This document shows, one piece after another, positions 1-9,372 of a stretch of DNA of 32,000 nt (position 1 is its first letter; each line of letters begins with the position of its first letter). This stretch comes from Flavobacteriaceae bacterium. GTDB lineage: Bacteria; Bacteroidota; Bacteroidia; Flavobacteriales; Flavobacteriaceae. Position numbers and translations under genes: made by a program. The stretch lies in assembly GCA_965224465.1 (NCBI GenBank), contig OZ245049.1, positions 90,001 to 122,000 of the forward strand, read 5' to 3'. A model generated the notes under the pieces. That model had not been told where the DNA came from. It made no database searches and saw nothing but the letters and a program-made list of their open reading frames with translations.

Positions 1-116
1 CCATGGATATTGATAGCAAAGAGGTATTTCAAAGTGATTTAGTTATGGACTTGTATCCAGGGGAGTCTGGAAGGAATTAGAAACAAGGCGTATTTTAGAT
101 GCATCAAAGCGCTAGT

Positions 117-268
117 TTACAATTCAAAATAACCAATACAAATAGTTTGTTTTACGTTCTAGCGTTGTTAAAAAATAGAACGATAACTATCCATCCATCG
201 ATCCATTTTTCGACTCGCTTAAAAAAATAGTTCCATTTCTAAACCGTCACTTGAAAATGTATTGGTAT
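117..268 (-). repeat. Intergenic repeat family copy (one left + one right module, inverted orientation)
   Basis: It ends in ...CCGTCACTTGAAAATGTATTGGTAT, the reverse complement of the family left end ATACCAATACATTTTCAAGTGACGG. The internal GTTTTACGTTCTAGCGTTGTTAAAAAATAGAACGATA matches the reverse complement of the right module seen at 11937-12711. Confidence 0.8.
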
Positions 269-431
269 AAGTATGAATGGCATGATGCTATTTTGATTAT
301 TGATCATAGAGATATTTTTTATGGTTTTTCTTGGAATCTGCGATTTTCACGTATAGATTCTGTATATTTATAACATATTAGAAGGTTTCTGTTAATTATC
401 GATAAAAAAAATAAAAAAAATCAAATATGAT

Positions 432-463
432 TTGTTTGTTAAAAATAAATTCACATATATTTG
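432..463 (+). promoter_or_regulatory. Candidate Bacteroidota-type promoter for the his leader/operon
   Basis: TATATTTG at 456-463 matches the TAnnTTTG -7 consensus. TTG motifs lie at 432-434 and 436-438, about 17-21 nt upstream. The leader ATG is 19 nt downstream of the box. Confidence 0.45.
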
Positions 464-481
464 TTTTATAATTAAATAAAA

Positions 482-541
482 ATGTACACATTAATACATC
501 ATATGCATCGCTTTTTTTCTGATCCTCATCAGGTGAGCTAG
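482..541 (+). CDS. Candidate his operon leader peptide MYTLIHHMHRFFSDPHQVS (19 aa)
   Basis: ATG at 482, TAG at 539-541. His codons are clustered at 497-508 (H-H-M-H), with one more at 527-529. It lies between the promoter-like box and an intrinsic terminator directly upstream of hisG. Confidence 0.45.
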   Translation: MYTLIHHMHRFFSDPHQVS

Positions 542-575
542 GTATGTAGTGAATTAAACACAAATAATATATACA

Positions 576-611
576 AGTCCTTCCTGATATTTCAGGAGGG
601 ACTTTTTTTTT
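576..611 (+). terminator. Intrinsic terminator (attenuator) immediately upstream of hisG
   Basis: AGTCCTTCCTGA (576-587), loop TATT, TCAGGAGGGACT (592-603). This is a 12-bp stem with one G-U pair, followed by a run of 9 T (603-611). The hisG ATG is at 627. Confidence 0.75.
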
Positions 612-626
612 ATACCAATTACAAAA

Positions 627-1484
627 ATGGAAAAATTAAGAATTGCAGTACAAAAATCGGGTCGATTGAATGAAGATTCGTTAAAATTATTAAAGGATTG
701 TGGAATTTCTGTTGATAATGGAAAAGACCAATTAAAAGCCTCTACCCGTAATTTCCCTATGGAAGTATTCTATTTAAGAAATGGAGATATTCCTCAGTAT
801 TTAAGAGATAATGTTGTGGATATTGCCATTATAGGAGAAAATGTATTGATAGAAAAAGGCGAGGATATTGCGATTGTCGAAAAGTTAGGATTTTCAAAGT
901 GTAGAGTGAGTTTGGCAATTCCTAAAGGAGATACTTATACATCTATCAAGGATTTAGAAGGGAAACGGATTGCAACATCGTATCCAAATACCGTGAAGAA
1001 GTATTTGGCAGAAAAAGGAGTGAAAGCGGACTTACATGTGATCAGTGGTTCTGTAGAAATCGCACCAAATATAGGTTTGGCAGATGCCATTTGTGATATT
1101 GTTTCTAGTGGTAGTACCTTGTTTAAAAACAATTTGAAAGAGGTTGAAAAAATGCTAGTAAGTGAGGCTGTATTGGCAGTTTCAAAAAATATTTCTTCTG
1201 AAAAACAGGAGCTATTAGATACGCTACAGTTCCGAATAAAATCGGTATTGAAAGGAAGGAAAAGTAAGTATATATTGATGAACGCACCGAATTCAAAGGT
1301 CGAAAATATTATCAAACTTTTACCTGGAATGCGAAGTCCTACAGTATTGCCTTTGGCAGAAGAGGGTTGGAGTTCTATTCATACAGTCATAGAAAAAGAT
1401 ACATTTTGGGATGTTATTGATGCATTAAAAAAAGAAGGAGCAGAGGGTATTTTAGTCGCTCCTATCGAAAAAATGGTATTATAA
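627..1484 (+). CDS. hisG: ATP phosphoribosyltransferase, long form
   Basis: 285-aa ORF with typical HisG sequence (LRIAVQKSGRL, DIVSSGSTL). First gene of a collinear his cluster. Confidence 0.95.
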   Translation: MEKLRIAVQKSGRLNEDSLKLLKDCGISVDNGKDQLKASTRNFPMEVFYLRNGDIPQYLRDNVVDIAIIGENVLIEKGEDIAIVEKLGFSKCRVSLAIPKGDTYTSIKDLEGKRIATSYPNTVKKYLAEKGVKADLHVISGSVEIAPNIGLADAICDIVSSGSTLFKNNLKEVEKMLVSEAVLAVSKNISSEKQELLDTLQFRIKSVLKGRKSKYILMNAPNSKVENIIKLLPGMRSPTVLPLAEEGWSSIHTVIEKDTFWDVIDALKKEGAEGILVAPIEKMVL

Positions 1485-1493
1485 AAGAGCATT

Positions 1494-2783
1494 ATGGAAA
1501 TTATAAAATATCCAAATAGAGGAGATTGGGAATTAATGTTAAAGCGTGCTACACAATCCGTTTCAGAGATTGAAGATGTGGTAGTTGATGTGTTTGATAA
1601 TATTAAAACCAGAAAAGATGCAGCTGTTTTTGCGTACACTAAAAAGTTTGACAATGTTTTGTTGGATTCTATGCTGGTGACAGAAAAAGAGTTTGAGAAT
1701 AGTATCTATTCGGTCGATTTGGAATTGAAAGAGGCTATTAAATTGGCAAAATCCAATATAGAAAAATTTCACAGAGCTCAAGAATTCGATGCGAAGCGTA
1801 TCACTACTTCAACAGGTGTGGTTTGTTGGCAAGAAACAAGACCTATTACGGATGTAGGTTTGTATATACCAGGAGGGTCGGCACCGTTATTTTCAACAGT
1901 GTTAATGTTAGTTTGTCCTGCTAAAATTGCGGGGTGTAAAAACATTGTATTGTGTACGCCTCCCGATGAAAATGGTGATATACACCCCGCTATTTTATAT
2001 ACGGCACATTTATGTGGAGTGAGTAAGGTGCTAAAAGTAGGCGGTATTCAAGCGATTGCTGGGATGACGTTTGGTACAGAATCTATCCCTAAAGTGTTTA
2101 AGATTTTTGGACCAGGAAATCAGTTTGTAACCGTAGCAAAGCAATTGGCTACAAAATATGGCGTGGCTATAGATATGCCTGCTGGGCCGAGTGAATTACT
2201 GGTAGTTGCGGATCACAGTGCAATTCCTGCATTTGTAGCTTCCGATTTATTAAGTCAGGCAGAGCACGGAGCAGACAGTCAGGTTATTTGTGTAAGTACA
2301 TCAGAGAAGGTGTTGGAAGCGATACGTTTAGAGCTTTTTGTACAGCTAGAAAAATTACCAAGAAAGGAAGTGGCTGCAAAAGCCATGAAAAATTCGAAAT
2401 TTATTTTACTTGATACAGATGCCATCGCTTTGGAGTTGATAAATGAGTATGGACCAGAGCACTTAATTTTATGCACTTCAAATAATAATTTTTTCTGTAG
2501 AGGAATAGAAAATGCAGGATCAATATTCTTAGGAAACTACTCTCCTGAGAGTGCTGGAGATTATGCTTCAGGAACCAATCATACCTTACCAACTAATGGC
2601 TATACCAAAGCCTATTCTGGTGTGAATTTAAACGCATTTCAAAAAACTATTTCTTTTCAGAAAATATCTGAAAAAGGAATACAACACATAGGACCCTCTA
2701 TAGAGATAATGGCAGATGCTGAGGGCTTGTTTGCTCATAAAAACGCAGTGACTTTAAGGCTAAATAGTTTAAAAAATAAATAA
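1494..2783 (+). CDS. hisD: Histidinol dehydrogenase
   Basis: 429-aa ORF with HisD motifs (GGIQAIAGMTFGT, SQAEHG, GDYASGTNHTLPT). Starts 9 nt after hisG. Confidence 0.95.
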   Translation: MEIIKYPNRGDWELMLKRATQSVSEIEDVVVDVFDNIKTRKDAAVFAYTKKFDNVLLDSMLVTEKEFENSIYSVDLELKEAIKLAKSNIEKFHRAQEFDAKRITTSTGVVCWQETRPITDVGLYIPGGSAPLFSTVLMLVCPAKIAGCKNIVLCTPPDENGDIHPAILYTAHLCGVSKVLKVGGIQAIAGMTFGTESIPKVFKIFGPGNQFVTVAKQLATKYGVAIDMPAGPSELLVVADHSAIPAFVASDLLSQAEHGADSQVICVSTSEKVLEAIRLELFVQLEKLPRKEVAAKAMKNSKFILLDTDAIALELINEYGPEHLILCTSNNNFFCRGIENAGSIFLGNYSPESAGDYASGTNHTLPTNGYTKAYSGVNLNAFQKTISFQKISEKGIQHIGPSIEIMADAEGLFAHKNAVTLRLNSLKNK

Positions 2784-2790
2784 TTAAGAC

Positions 2791-3831
2791 ATGTTTCAAC
2801 TCCATAACTTACTACGAGAAAATATAAAGAATATGAAGGCTTATTCTTCGGCAAGAGATGAGTTTCAAGGCGATGCGAATGCATGGGTGTTTTTGGATGC
2901 GAATGAGAGTCCTTTTGATACGGGGTTCAATCGGTATCCAGACCCTTATCAATACAAAGTAAAGGGATTATTAGCTCAGCAAAAAGGGGTGAAAACAGCA
3001 AATATTTTAATAGGAAATGGGAGTGATGAAGTATTGGACTTAATATTTAGAGCTTTTTGTAATCCTGGTAAAGATGCTATTATTACAATGCCTCCGACCT
3101 ATGGTATGTATCAAGTATTGGCAAATTTAAACGATGTAGCCATTACAGAAGTTCCATTGACTTGTAATTTTGAAATAGAAGTAGCTAAGGTGTTGAAAGC
3201 GCAAAATGAGCAGCATAAATTATTGTTTATATGTTCTCCTAATAATCCTTCTGGAAATGCTTTTGAACAGGAGAAAATGGAAGCATTGATTGAGGGTTTT
3301 AAAGGAATTGTAGTCTTAGATGAAGCCTATATCGATTTTTCTACCAAACCTAGTTTCTTGAAAAAATTGGCGCAATATCCGAATGTTATCATTATTCAAA
3401 CCTTATCAAAAGCTTATGGAATGGCAGGGATTCGCATCGGGATTTGTTATGCTTCTAAGGAAATAATAACCGTATTAAACCGAATAAAACCGCCATATAA
3501 TGTAAATACCTTAACACAGGAAAAGGCCTTGTCAAGATTGATGTTGTATAATGATGTTCAGACAGAAGTTATTCAAATTTTAACCAATCGAACGCATTTA
3601 TTATCGGCATTAAAAAATATTCCGTACGTACAAAAAATATTCCCTACGGATGCCAATTTTATCTTGTTGAGAGTTGATGATGCTGATTTGAGATACCAAC
3701 AATTATTAGACAAAGGTATAGTAGTGCGCAACAGGACTGGCCAACTGCATTGTAACAATTGTTTGCGGTTAACTGTAGGGACGAAAAAAGAGAATACATT
3801 ATTAATAGCAGCTCTAGAGGGGCTTGTTTAA
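2791..3831 (+). CDS. hisC: Histidinol-phosphate aminotransferase
   Basis: 346-aa ORF, class II aminotransferase (NPNNPSG-like CSPNNPSGN, PLP lysine context TLSKAYGMAGIRIG). Confidence 0.93.
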   Translation: MFQLHNLLRENIKNMKAYSSARDEFQGDANAWVFLDANESPFDTGFNRYPDPYQYKVKGLLAQQKGVKTANILIGNGSDEVLDLIFRAFCNPGKDAIITMPPTYGMYQVLANLNDVAITEVPLTCNFEIEVAKVLKAQNEQHKLLFICSPNNPSGNAFEQEKMEALIEGFKGIVVLDEAYIDFSTKPSFLKKLAQYPNVIIIQTLSKAYGMAGIRIGICYASKEIITVLNRIKPPYNVNTLTQEKALSRLMLYNDVQTEVIQILTNRTHLLSALKNIPYVQKIFPTDANFILLRVDDADLRYQQLLDKGIVVRNRTGQLHCNNCLRLTVGTKKENTLLIAALEGLV

Positions 3832-3848
3832 CAAGGGTGTAATATCTG

Positions 3849-4003
3849 TTACAATCCATAATGACCGATATAAATAGGTTGTTTTACGTTCTAGCCTTGT
3901 TGAAAATATAGAACGATAGCTTAGGGTATCTATCCATTTTTCGCCTAGCTAAAACAAAAAATAATTCAATTTCTAAATCATCACTTGGAAATTTAATTGG
4001 TGT
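3849..4003 (-). repeat. Intergenic repeat family copy inside the his operon (hisC-hisB gap)
   Basis: TTACAATCCATAATGACCGATATAAATAGGTTGTTTTACGTTCTAGCC...CACTTGGAAATTTAATTGGTGT, a full left+right element in inverted orientation. It occupies much of a 346-bp gap in an otherwise tightly packed operon. Confidence 0.85.
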
Positions 4004-4177
4004 AATTGGGGTGTAGTGCTGTTTCAAAACAGTAATTAGAAGAAATAAAAAGTGTTTTAGGAATTGTTTTTAGTAGGGTATGTAAGGAGTGGAGCATTTC
4101 TCTTTATGTAGCAATATCCTTCTTATGAAAATATACAAATAAGTAAAAATTTTCCTCGTGAAAAGGGGCAGTCAAAT

Positions 4178-5311
4178 ATGAAAAAAATATTATTTATAGA
4201 CAGAGATGGTACCTTGATTAAGGAACCAGCAGATGAGCAAATTGATAGTTTCGAAAAATTAGAATTCTATCCAAAAGCCATTTATTATATGGCAAAAATT
4301 GCCAATGAGTTGGATTACGAATTGGTAATGATTACCAATCAGGATGGGTTGGGAACGGAAGTGTATCCAGAAAGTACGTTTTGGCCTGTACATAATTTTA
4401 TCATCCAAACTTTTGAAAACGAAGCGGTTATTTTTAAAGATGTGTATATTGATAAAACCTTTGCAAAGGACAATTCTCCCAATAGAAAACCCAATACAGG
4501 CTTGTTAGGGAACTATTTTACGGAAGACTATGATTTGCCAAATTCGTTTGTAATAGGAGACCGTTTGACGGACATACAATTGGCGAAAAACCTAAATGCA
4601 CAAGGGATTTTTATCAATGATAATTCCTATTTAGGAGCAGACGAAATATCTGTTGATAGGGAGGATTTAGAACCGTTTATTGCCTTAGAAACAAAAGATT
4701 GGAAAACTATTTATGAGTTTTTAAAACTAGAAAATAGAACCGCTAGTATTTCTAGAAAAACCAATGAAACCGATATCAATATCACTCTCAATATTGATGG
4801 GACAGGCAAGGCAAATATCAGTACTGGATTGCCATTCTTTGATCATATGTTAGATCAAATAGCTCGGCATGGTCAAATGGACTTGGACCTTCAAGTTTCT
4901 GGAGATTTAGAGGTGGATGAGCATCATACAATTGAGGATACAGCCATTGCTTTAGGAGAAGTTTTTAGAAAGGCTTTGGGAAGTAAATTAGGCATAGAAC
5001 GCTATGGTTTTTACTTACCGATGGACGATTGTTTGGCGCAAGTAGCTATAGATTTTGGAGGGCGAAATTGGCTGGTATGGGACGCTGAGTTTAAACGTGA
5101 AATGATTGGGAAATTACCTACAGAAATGTTTTTTCATTTCTTTAAATCTTTTTCTGATGGTGCTTCGGCAAACCTAAATATTAAGGCAGAAGGAACCAAC
5201 GAGCATCATAAAATAGAGGCTATTTTTAAGTCCTTTGCAAAAGCGTTAAAAGCAGCGGTTAAACGCGATCCTGAAAAAATGATTTTACCAAGTACCAAAG
5301 GGGTGCTTTAA
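4178..5311 (+). CDS. hisB: Bifunctional histidinol-phosphatase / imidazoleglycerol-phosphate dehydratase
   Basis: 377-aa ORF. N-terminal HAD phosphatase (DRDGTL) and C-terminal IGPD ([22 protein letters not shown]). Confidence 0.95.
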   Translation: MKKILFIDRDGTLIKEPADEQIDSFEKLEFYPKAIYYMAKIANELDYELVMITNQDGLGTEVYPESTFWPVHNFIIQTFENEAVIFKDVYIDKTFAKDNSPNRKPNTGLLGNYFTEDYDLPNSFVIGDRLTDIQLAKNLNAQGIFINDNSYLGADEISVDREDLEPFIALETKDWKTIYEFLKLENRTASISRKTNETDINITLNIDGTGKANISTGLPFFDHMLDQIARHGQMDLDLQVSGDLEVDEHHTIEDTAIALGEVFRKALGSKLGIERYGFYLPMDDCLAQVAIDFGGRNWLVWDAEFKREMIGKLPTEMFFHFFKSFSDGASANLNIKAEGTNEHHKIEAIFKSFAKALKAAVKRDPEKMILPSTKGVL

Positions 5312-5322
5312 AAATAAGGACT

Positions 5323-5904
5323 ATGAATTTAGTGATAATAGATTATGGAGCTGGCAATATCAAAAGCATTCAGTTTGCTTTTAAAAGATTGGGAATAACA
5401 GCCGTTTTAACCGATGATCCAATGCGTATAAAAAATGCAGATAAAGTTGTGTTTCCTGGTGTAGGAGAAGCGAGTACTGCCATGGATAAACTAAAAGCAT
5501 CTGGCTTGAACCGTTTAATTCCAAGCTTAAAACAACCCGTTTTAGGTATTTGTTTGGGCATGCAACTAATGTGTAGGTATTCTGAGGAAGGTGCTACGGT
5601 GGGTATGGGGATTTTTGAGATAGATGTCCTCCGTTTTTCTAAAAATGTAAAAGTACCACAAATTGGATGGAATCAAATTTCGAATTTGAAATCTCCTATT
5701 TTTAAGGGGCTCAGCGAATTGGAGTATCAATATTTTGTACATAGTTATTATGTGCCAACCAATACGCAGCAAATAGCAACATGTAATTATGATGGCCGTT
5801 ATGCTGCAGCATTGCAAAAGAATAATTTTTACGGGCTACAGTTTCATCCAGAAAAAAGTGGATTGGCAGGGGAACAAATACTAAAGAATTTCATCAACTT
5901 ATAA
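5323..5904 (+). CDS. hisH: Imidazole glycerol phosphate synthase, glutamine amidotransferase subunit
   Basis: 193-aa ORF. Class I GATase with GICLGMQL nucleophile motif and FHPEKS. Confidence 0.95.
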   Translation: MNLVIIDYGAGNIKSIQFAFKRLGITAVLTDDPMRIKNADKVVFPGVGEASTAMDKLKASGLNRLIPSLKQPVLGICLGMQLMCRYSEEGATVGMGIFEIDVLRFSKNVKVPQIGWNQISNLKSPIFKGLSELEYQYFVHSYYVPTNTQQIATCNYDGRYAAALQKNNFYGLQFHPEKSGLAGEQILKNFINL

Positions 5905-5913
5905 GCGATAAAT

Positions 5914-6675
5914 ATGAGAATTATACCAGCAATTGATATTATTGAAGGAAAATGTGTGCGATTGTCAAAAGGTGATTATAGTACAAAAAAAATATATAGT
6001 GAATCTCCCTTAGAGGTGGCTAAACAATTTGAAGCACACGGAATTACAAGCCTTCATTTAGTAGATTTGGACGGTGCTAAATCAAGTACCATTGTCAACT
6101 ACAAAGTATTGGAGCAAATAGCGACTAAAACGAGTTTAAATATTGATTTTGGTGGTGGAATTAAAAATAACGAATCTCTGAAAATTGCTTTTGAGTGTGG
6201 TGCTCAGCAAATTACAGGAGGGAGCATTGCAGTGAAAAACGAATCGCTTTTTAGTGATTGGATTGCTACATATGGTAATAAAAAAATAATTTTAGGAGCC
6301 GATGCTAGCAACGAAAAGATTGCCATTAATGGATGGATGGAAAAGAGTGACCTAGATTTAATGGATTTTATCAAAAAATATATGGACAAAAGCATTCGAT
6401 ATGTTATTTGTACAGATATTGCCAAGGATGGGATGTTGACAGGGCCATCATTTGATTTGTATCAAAAAATTCTGGCACAATGTCCTCACATTAAATTGAT
6501 AGCAAGTGGTGGGATTTCTACCTTTGACGAACTTCCAAAATTGGCGGAAATGGGCTGCGAAGGAACCATTATTGGTAAAGCTATTTATGAAAATAGAATC
6601 AGTTTAAAACAATTGGAAAATTTTATCCTAACAGTTGGTTCCGCTGATACATTTAGAAATGAGTCAGCGGAATAA
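5914..6675 (+). CDS. hisA: ProFAR isomerase
   Basis: 253-aa ORF ([21 protein letters not shown]). It has about 10 extra C-terminal residues relative to typical HisA length. Confidence 0.93.
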   Translation: MRIIPAIDIIEGKCVRLSKGDYSTKKIYSESPLEVAKQFEAHGITSLHLVDLDGAKSSTIVNYKVLEQIATKTSLNIDFGGGIKNNESLKIAFECGAQQITGGSIAVKNESLFSDWIATYGNKKIILGADASNEKIAINGWMEKSDLDLMDFIKKYMDKSIRYVICTDIAKDGMLTGPSFDLYQKILAQCPHIKLIASGGISTFDELPKLAEMGCEGTIIGKAIYENRISLKQLENFILTVGSADTFRNESAE

Positions 6676-6676
6676 G

Positions 6677-7486
6677 ATGAAAGAAACTAGAACAAATACG
6701 TCTTTTGGAAAGCAGCAAAAAAACGAAGGGCAGTTGGCAAAACGAATTATTCCTTGCTTAGATATTAAAAATGGACGCACTGTAAAGGGAGTGAATTTCG
6801 AAAATTTAAGGGATGCTGGAGATCCTGTGGAACTCGCAAAGTTATACAGTAAAAACGGAGCAGATGAATTGGTTTTTTTGGATATTTCTGCCACTGAAGA
6901 AGGGAGGAAAACCTTAAGAGATATGGTGTTAAGAGTTGCGGAAGCGATCAATATTCCGTTTACAGTTGGCGGTGGCGTTAGTTCTGTTGCTGATGTAGCA
7001 GTGTTGTTAAAGGCAGGAGCTGACAAGGTAGGAGTGAATTCAGCAGCAATAAAACGACCCGAATTAATCAATGAGTTGGCACAGAAATTCGGGAATCAAT
7101 GCATTGTAGTAGCGATTGATGCCAAATTGATAAAGGGACGTTGGAAGGTGCATTTAGTTGGCGGAAAAGTACCAACCGAATTGGATTTATTCGAATGGGC
7201 TGTAGAAGTTGAAAAACGAGGTGCGGGAGAACTATTATTCACTTCCATGAATAACGATGGTACAAAAAATGGATTTGCGAATGCGGCATTAGCTAAATTA
7301 TCGGGTTTGGTAAATATCCCTATTATTGCTTCTGGTGGAGCGGGAACCATACAACATTTTGCAGATGCTTTTATAGAAGGGAAAGCGGATGCTGCCTTGG
7401 CAGCGAGTGTGTTTCATTTTAAAGAAATTGAAATTAAGGATTTAAAAAAAGAATTAAAAAACCAGGGAATTCCTGTCAGGTTGTAA
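6677..7486 (+). CDS. hisF: Imidazole glycerol phosphate synthase cyclase subunit (start uncertain)
   Basis: The canonical HisF core starts at [14 protein letters not shown]. The track ORF starts at 6635 and overlaps hisA. ATG 6677 lies 1 nt after the hisA stop. In-frame TTG 6734 would give the canonical roughly 250-aa protein. Confidence 0.9.
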   Translation: MKETRTNTSFGKQQKNEGQLAKRIIPCLDIKNGRTVKGVNFENLRDAGDPVELAKLYSKNGADELVFLDISATEEGRKTLRDMVLRVAEAINIPFTVGGGVSSVADVAVLLKAGADKVGVNSAAIKRPELINELAQKFGNQCIVVAIDAKLIKGRWKVHLVGGKVPTELDLFEWAVEVEKRGAGELLFTSMNNDGTKNGFANAALAKLSGLVNIPIIASGGAGTIQHFADAFIEGKADAALAASVFHFKEIEIKDLKKELKNQGIPVRL

Positions 7487-7510
7487 AAATCTGTAAATAA
7501 ATAAGATATA

Positions 7511-8107
7511 ATGGAAATTAAATACGATTCAAATACGGGTTTAGTACCTGCAATTATACAAGATGCAGCAAGTAATAATGTACTGATGTTGGGCTATATG
7601 AATGCCGATGCTTATGCAAAAACGGTTGCAGAAAATAAAGTGACATTTTTTAGCCGTAGCAAACAACGCCTTTGGACTAAAGGAGAGGAAAGTGGTCATT
7701 TTTTAGAACTTGTCAGTATTAAAAACGACTGTGATAATGATACTTTACTTATTCAAGTAAACCCTGTTGGCCCGACGTGTCATAAGGGAACAGATACTTG
7801 TTGGGGAACAGAAAACACTACTAAATTTGGTTTTGTTTCTCATTTAGAAGATGTGATTGATCAACGTAGAACTGCCGCAGATGGTGAAAAATCGTATGTA
7901 GCTAGTTTGTTCGATAAAGGCATCAATAAAATTGCTCAAAAAGTAGGAGAAGAAGCCGTAGAAGTTGTGATTGAAGCCATGGATAATGACGATGATTTAT
8001 TCTTAAATGAAAGTGCAGATTTACTATTCCATTATTTAATTCTATTGCAAGCCAAAGGATTTAGATTTAAGGATGTGATTAGTGTATTAGAAGGGAGACA
8101 GAAATAG
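7511..8107 (+). CDS. hisI: Bifunctional phosphoribosyl-AMP cyclohydrolase / phosphoribosyl-ATP pyrophosphatase
   Basis: 198-aa ORF. HisI part (WTKGEESG, CDNDTLL, CH.G..TCW) followed by a HisE part. Confidence 0.93.
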   Translation: MEIKYDSNTGLVPAIIQDAASNNVLMLGYMNADAYAKTVAENKVTFFSRSKQRLWTKGEESGHFLELVSIKNDCDNDTLLIQVNPVGPTCHKGTDTCWGTENTTKFGFVSHLEDVIDQRRTAADGEKSYVASLFDKGINKIAQKVGEEAVEVVIEAMDNDDDLFLNESADLLFHYLILLQAKGFRFKDVISVLEGRQK

Positions 8108-8293
8108 GTGTGTTTTAGCTAGTAGAATTGAATCAATAAATTTAATGGGGTTTAAAAATGGTTACTTAACCCTTATTTATTCATGTTTAAGAATCAACTA
8201 AATAAGGATAGATGTGATCTAAGGAATATTTTACCTTGTAATTTTATAAATCACTAAAAAATAGACGTATTTTTCAATTTTTAAAACAATAAC

Positions 8294-8971
8294 ATGGTAT
8301 TAATTGAACAATCGACCTTCAATTTTTTAAAGGACATAGAGAAAAACAATAATAGGGAATGGTTTGCAGAAAATAAACCGAGATATGTAGAGGAACAACA
8401 AAAATTACTGTTGTTTTATACGGCTTTAGAAGGGAAATTAAATGAGCACGATTGTATCGAAAAACTAAAAATGTTTCGCATTTATAGAGATGTTCGATTT
8501 TCTAAAAATAAAACGCCGTATAAAGATAAAATGTCTGGGCATTTCGTACGCGCTACGAGTCGTCTTAGAGGGGGGTACTATTTAGAAATAAAGCCTAAGG
8601 CATCGTTTGCTGCTGGTGGGTTTTGGGGACCTAATAAAGAAGATTTATTACGTATTCGAAAAGAATTTGAACTGGATGGATTTGAAATTCGTGAAATATT
8701 AGCAGATACACATTTTAAAGCTGTTTTTGGAGAATTGCGTGGAGAGGGTGTGAAATCTGCTCCAAGAGGTTTTGCTAAGGATCATGAAAATATTGATCTA
8801 ATCCGTAAAAAGCAATTTATTTTGGTGCGTAATTTTACAGATAAAGAAGTGTTGAGCAATGATTTTTTGAAGCAAGTAAATGATACATTTATAGCCATGC
8901 GTCCATTTTTAGATTTGATGAGTAGTATTTTAACAACAGATTTAAATGGAGAATCACTGTTTGAAAACTAG
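8294..8971 (+). CDS. DUF2461 (TIGR02453-like) family protein
   Basis: 225-aa ORF with family hallmarks NNNREWF and FRIYRDVRFSKNKTPYK. Confidence 0.8.
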   Translation: MVLIEQSTFNFLKDIEKNNNREWFAENKPRYVEEQQKLLLFYTALEGKLNEHDCIEKLKMFRIYRDVRFSKNKTPYKDKMSGHFVRATSRLRGGYYLEIKPKASFAAGGFWGPNKEDLLRIRKEFELDGFEIREILADTHFKAVFGELRGEGVKSAPRGFAKDHENIDLIRKKQFILVRNFTDKEVLSNDFLKQVNDTFIAMRPFLDLMSSILTTDLNGESLFEN

Positions 8972-9263
8972 TAATACTAGCGTTATTTCCATTGACGGTT
9001 TAGCAATAAAATTATTTTTTTCTTGTTCTCCGACTGGGCGGATAGTTAGGTGAAAAGTGGATGTATAGCCATACCTGTCGTTCTGTTTTTTAACAACACT
9101 AAAACGTAAAGCAACCTATTTGTATCGGTTGTTTTGGATTTTAATTGGTATTATAGCTAGGCGGGAAATCTAAGGATAGCCTTTAGCTATCGTTCTATTT
9201 TTCAACAACACTAGAACGTAAAACAACCTATTTATATCTGTTATTTTGAATTGTATTTGGTAT
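8972..9263 (+). repeat. Intergenic repeat family copy: one degenerate left module + two right modules
   Basis: Starts directly after the TAG of the DUF2461 gene. The first right module ends TTTTAATTGGTAT at 9151. The second (9152-9263) ends GAATTGTATTTGGTAT. Confidence 0.8.
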
Positions 9264-9345
9264 AAATAGGTGTTTTCCCCTAATTTTGGTCAATTCGTAC
9301 CCTTTTTTTTATAATAATCACCACACTACTCATCAAATAGAACTG

Positions 9346-9353
9346 TATATTTG
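9346..9353 (+). promoter_or_regulatory. Candidate -7 box for glmM
   Basis: TATATTTG matches TAnnTTTG and lies 19 nt upstream of the glmM ATG. Confidence 0.4.
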
Positions 9354-9372
9354 TAGCTAACAAAATTAAAAA

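Noticed and set aside
3-80. An open frame at the left edge (MDIDSKEVFQSDLVMDLYPGESGRN, stop at 78-80), possibly the 3' end of an upstream gene.
   Set aside because: Only 25 codons are visible and there is no recognisable motif. It is too little to call a feature or a product.
612-621. ATACCAATTA between the attenuator terminator and the hisG start, identical to the repeat-family terminus.
   Set aside because: The match is only 10 nt of AT-rich sequence, with none of the rest of the element. It could be chance or an unrecognisable relic.
6635-6676. The track start of hisF at 6635, overlapping hisA by 41 nt.
   Set aside because: The residues encoded before 6677 have no HisF counterpart and overlap the hisA coding end. 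ATG 6677 or TTG 6734 are more plausible starts.
935-7350. Antisense and overlapping track ORFs inside his genes (for example 935-1315, 1379-1654, 6664-7071, 7096-7350).
   Set aside because: They lie entirely within well-supported his coding sequences on the opposite strand or in another frame. Their composition is low-complexity and Ser/Phe/Ile-rich, which is typical of shadow ORFs.
8148-8181. Possible terminator of the his operon (GGGTT-15 nt-AACCC followed by TTATTTATT).
   Set aside because: The stem is only 5 bp with a large loop and an interrupted T-run. That is not convincing enough to list as a feature.
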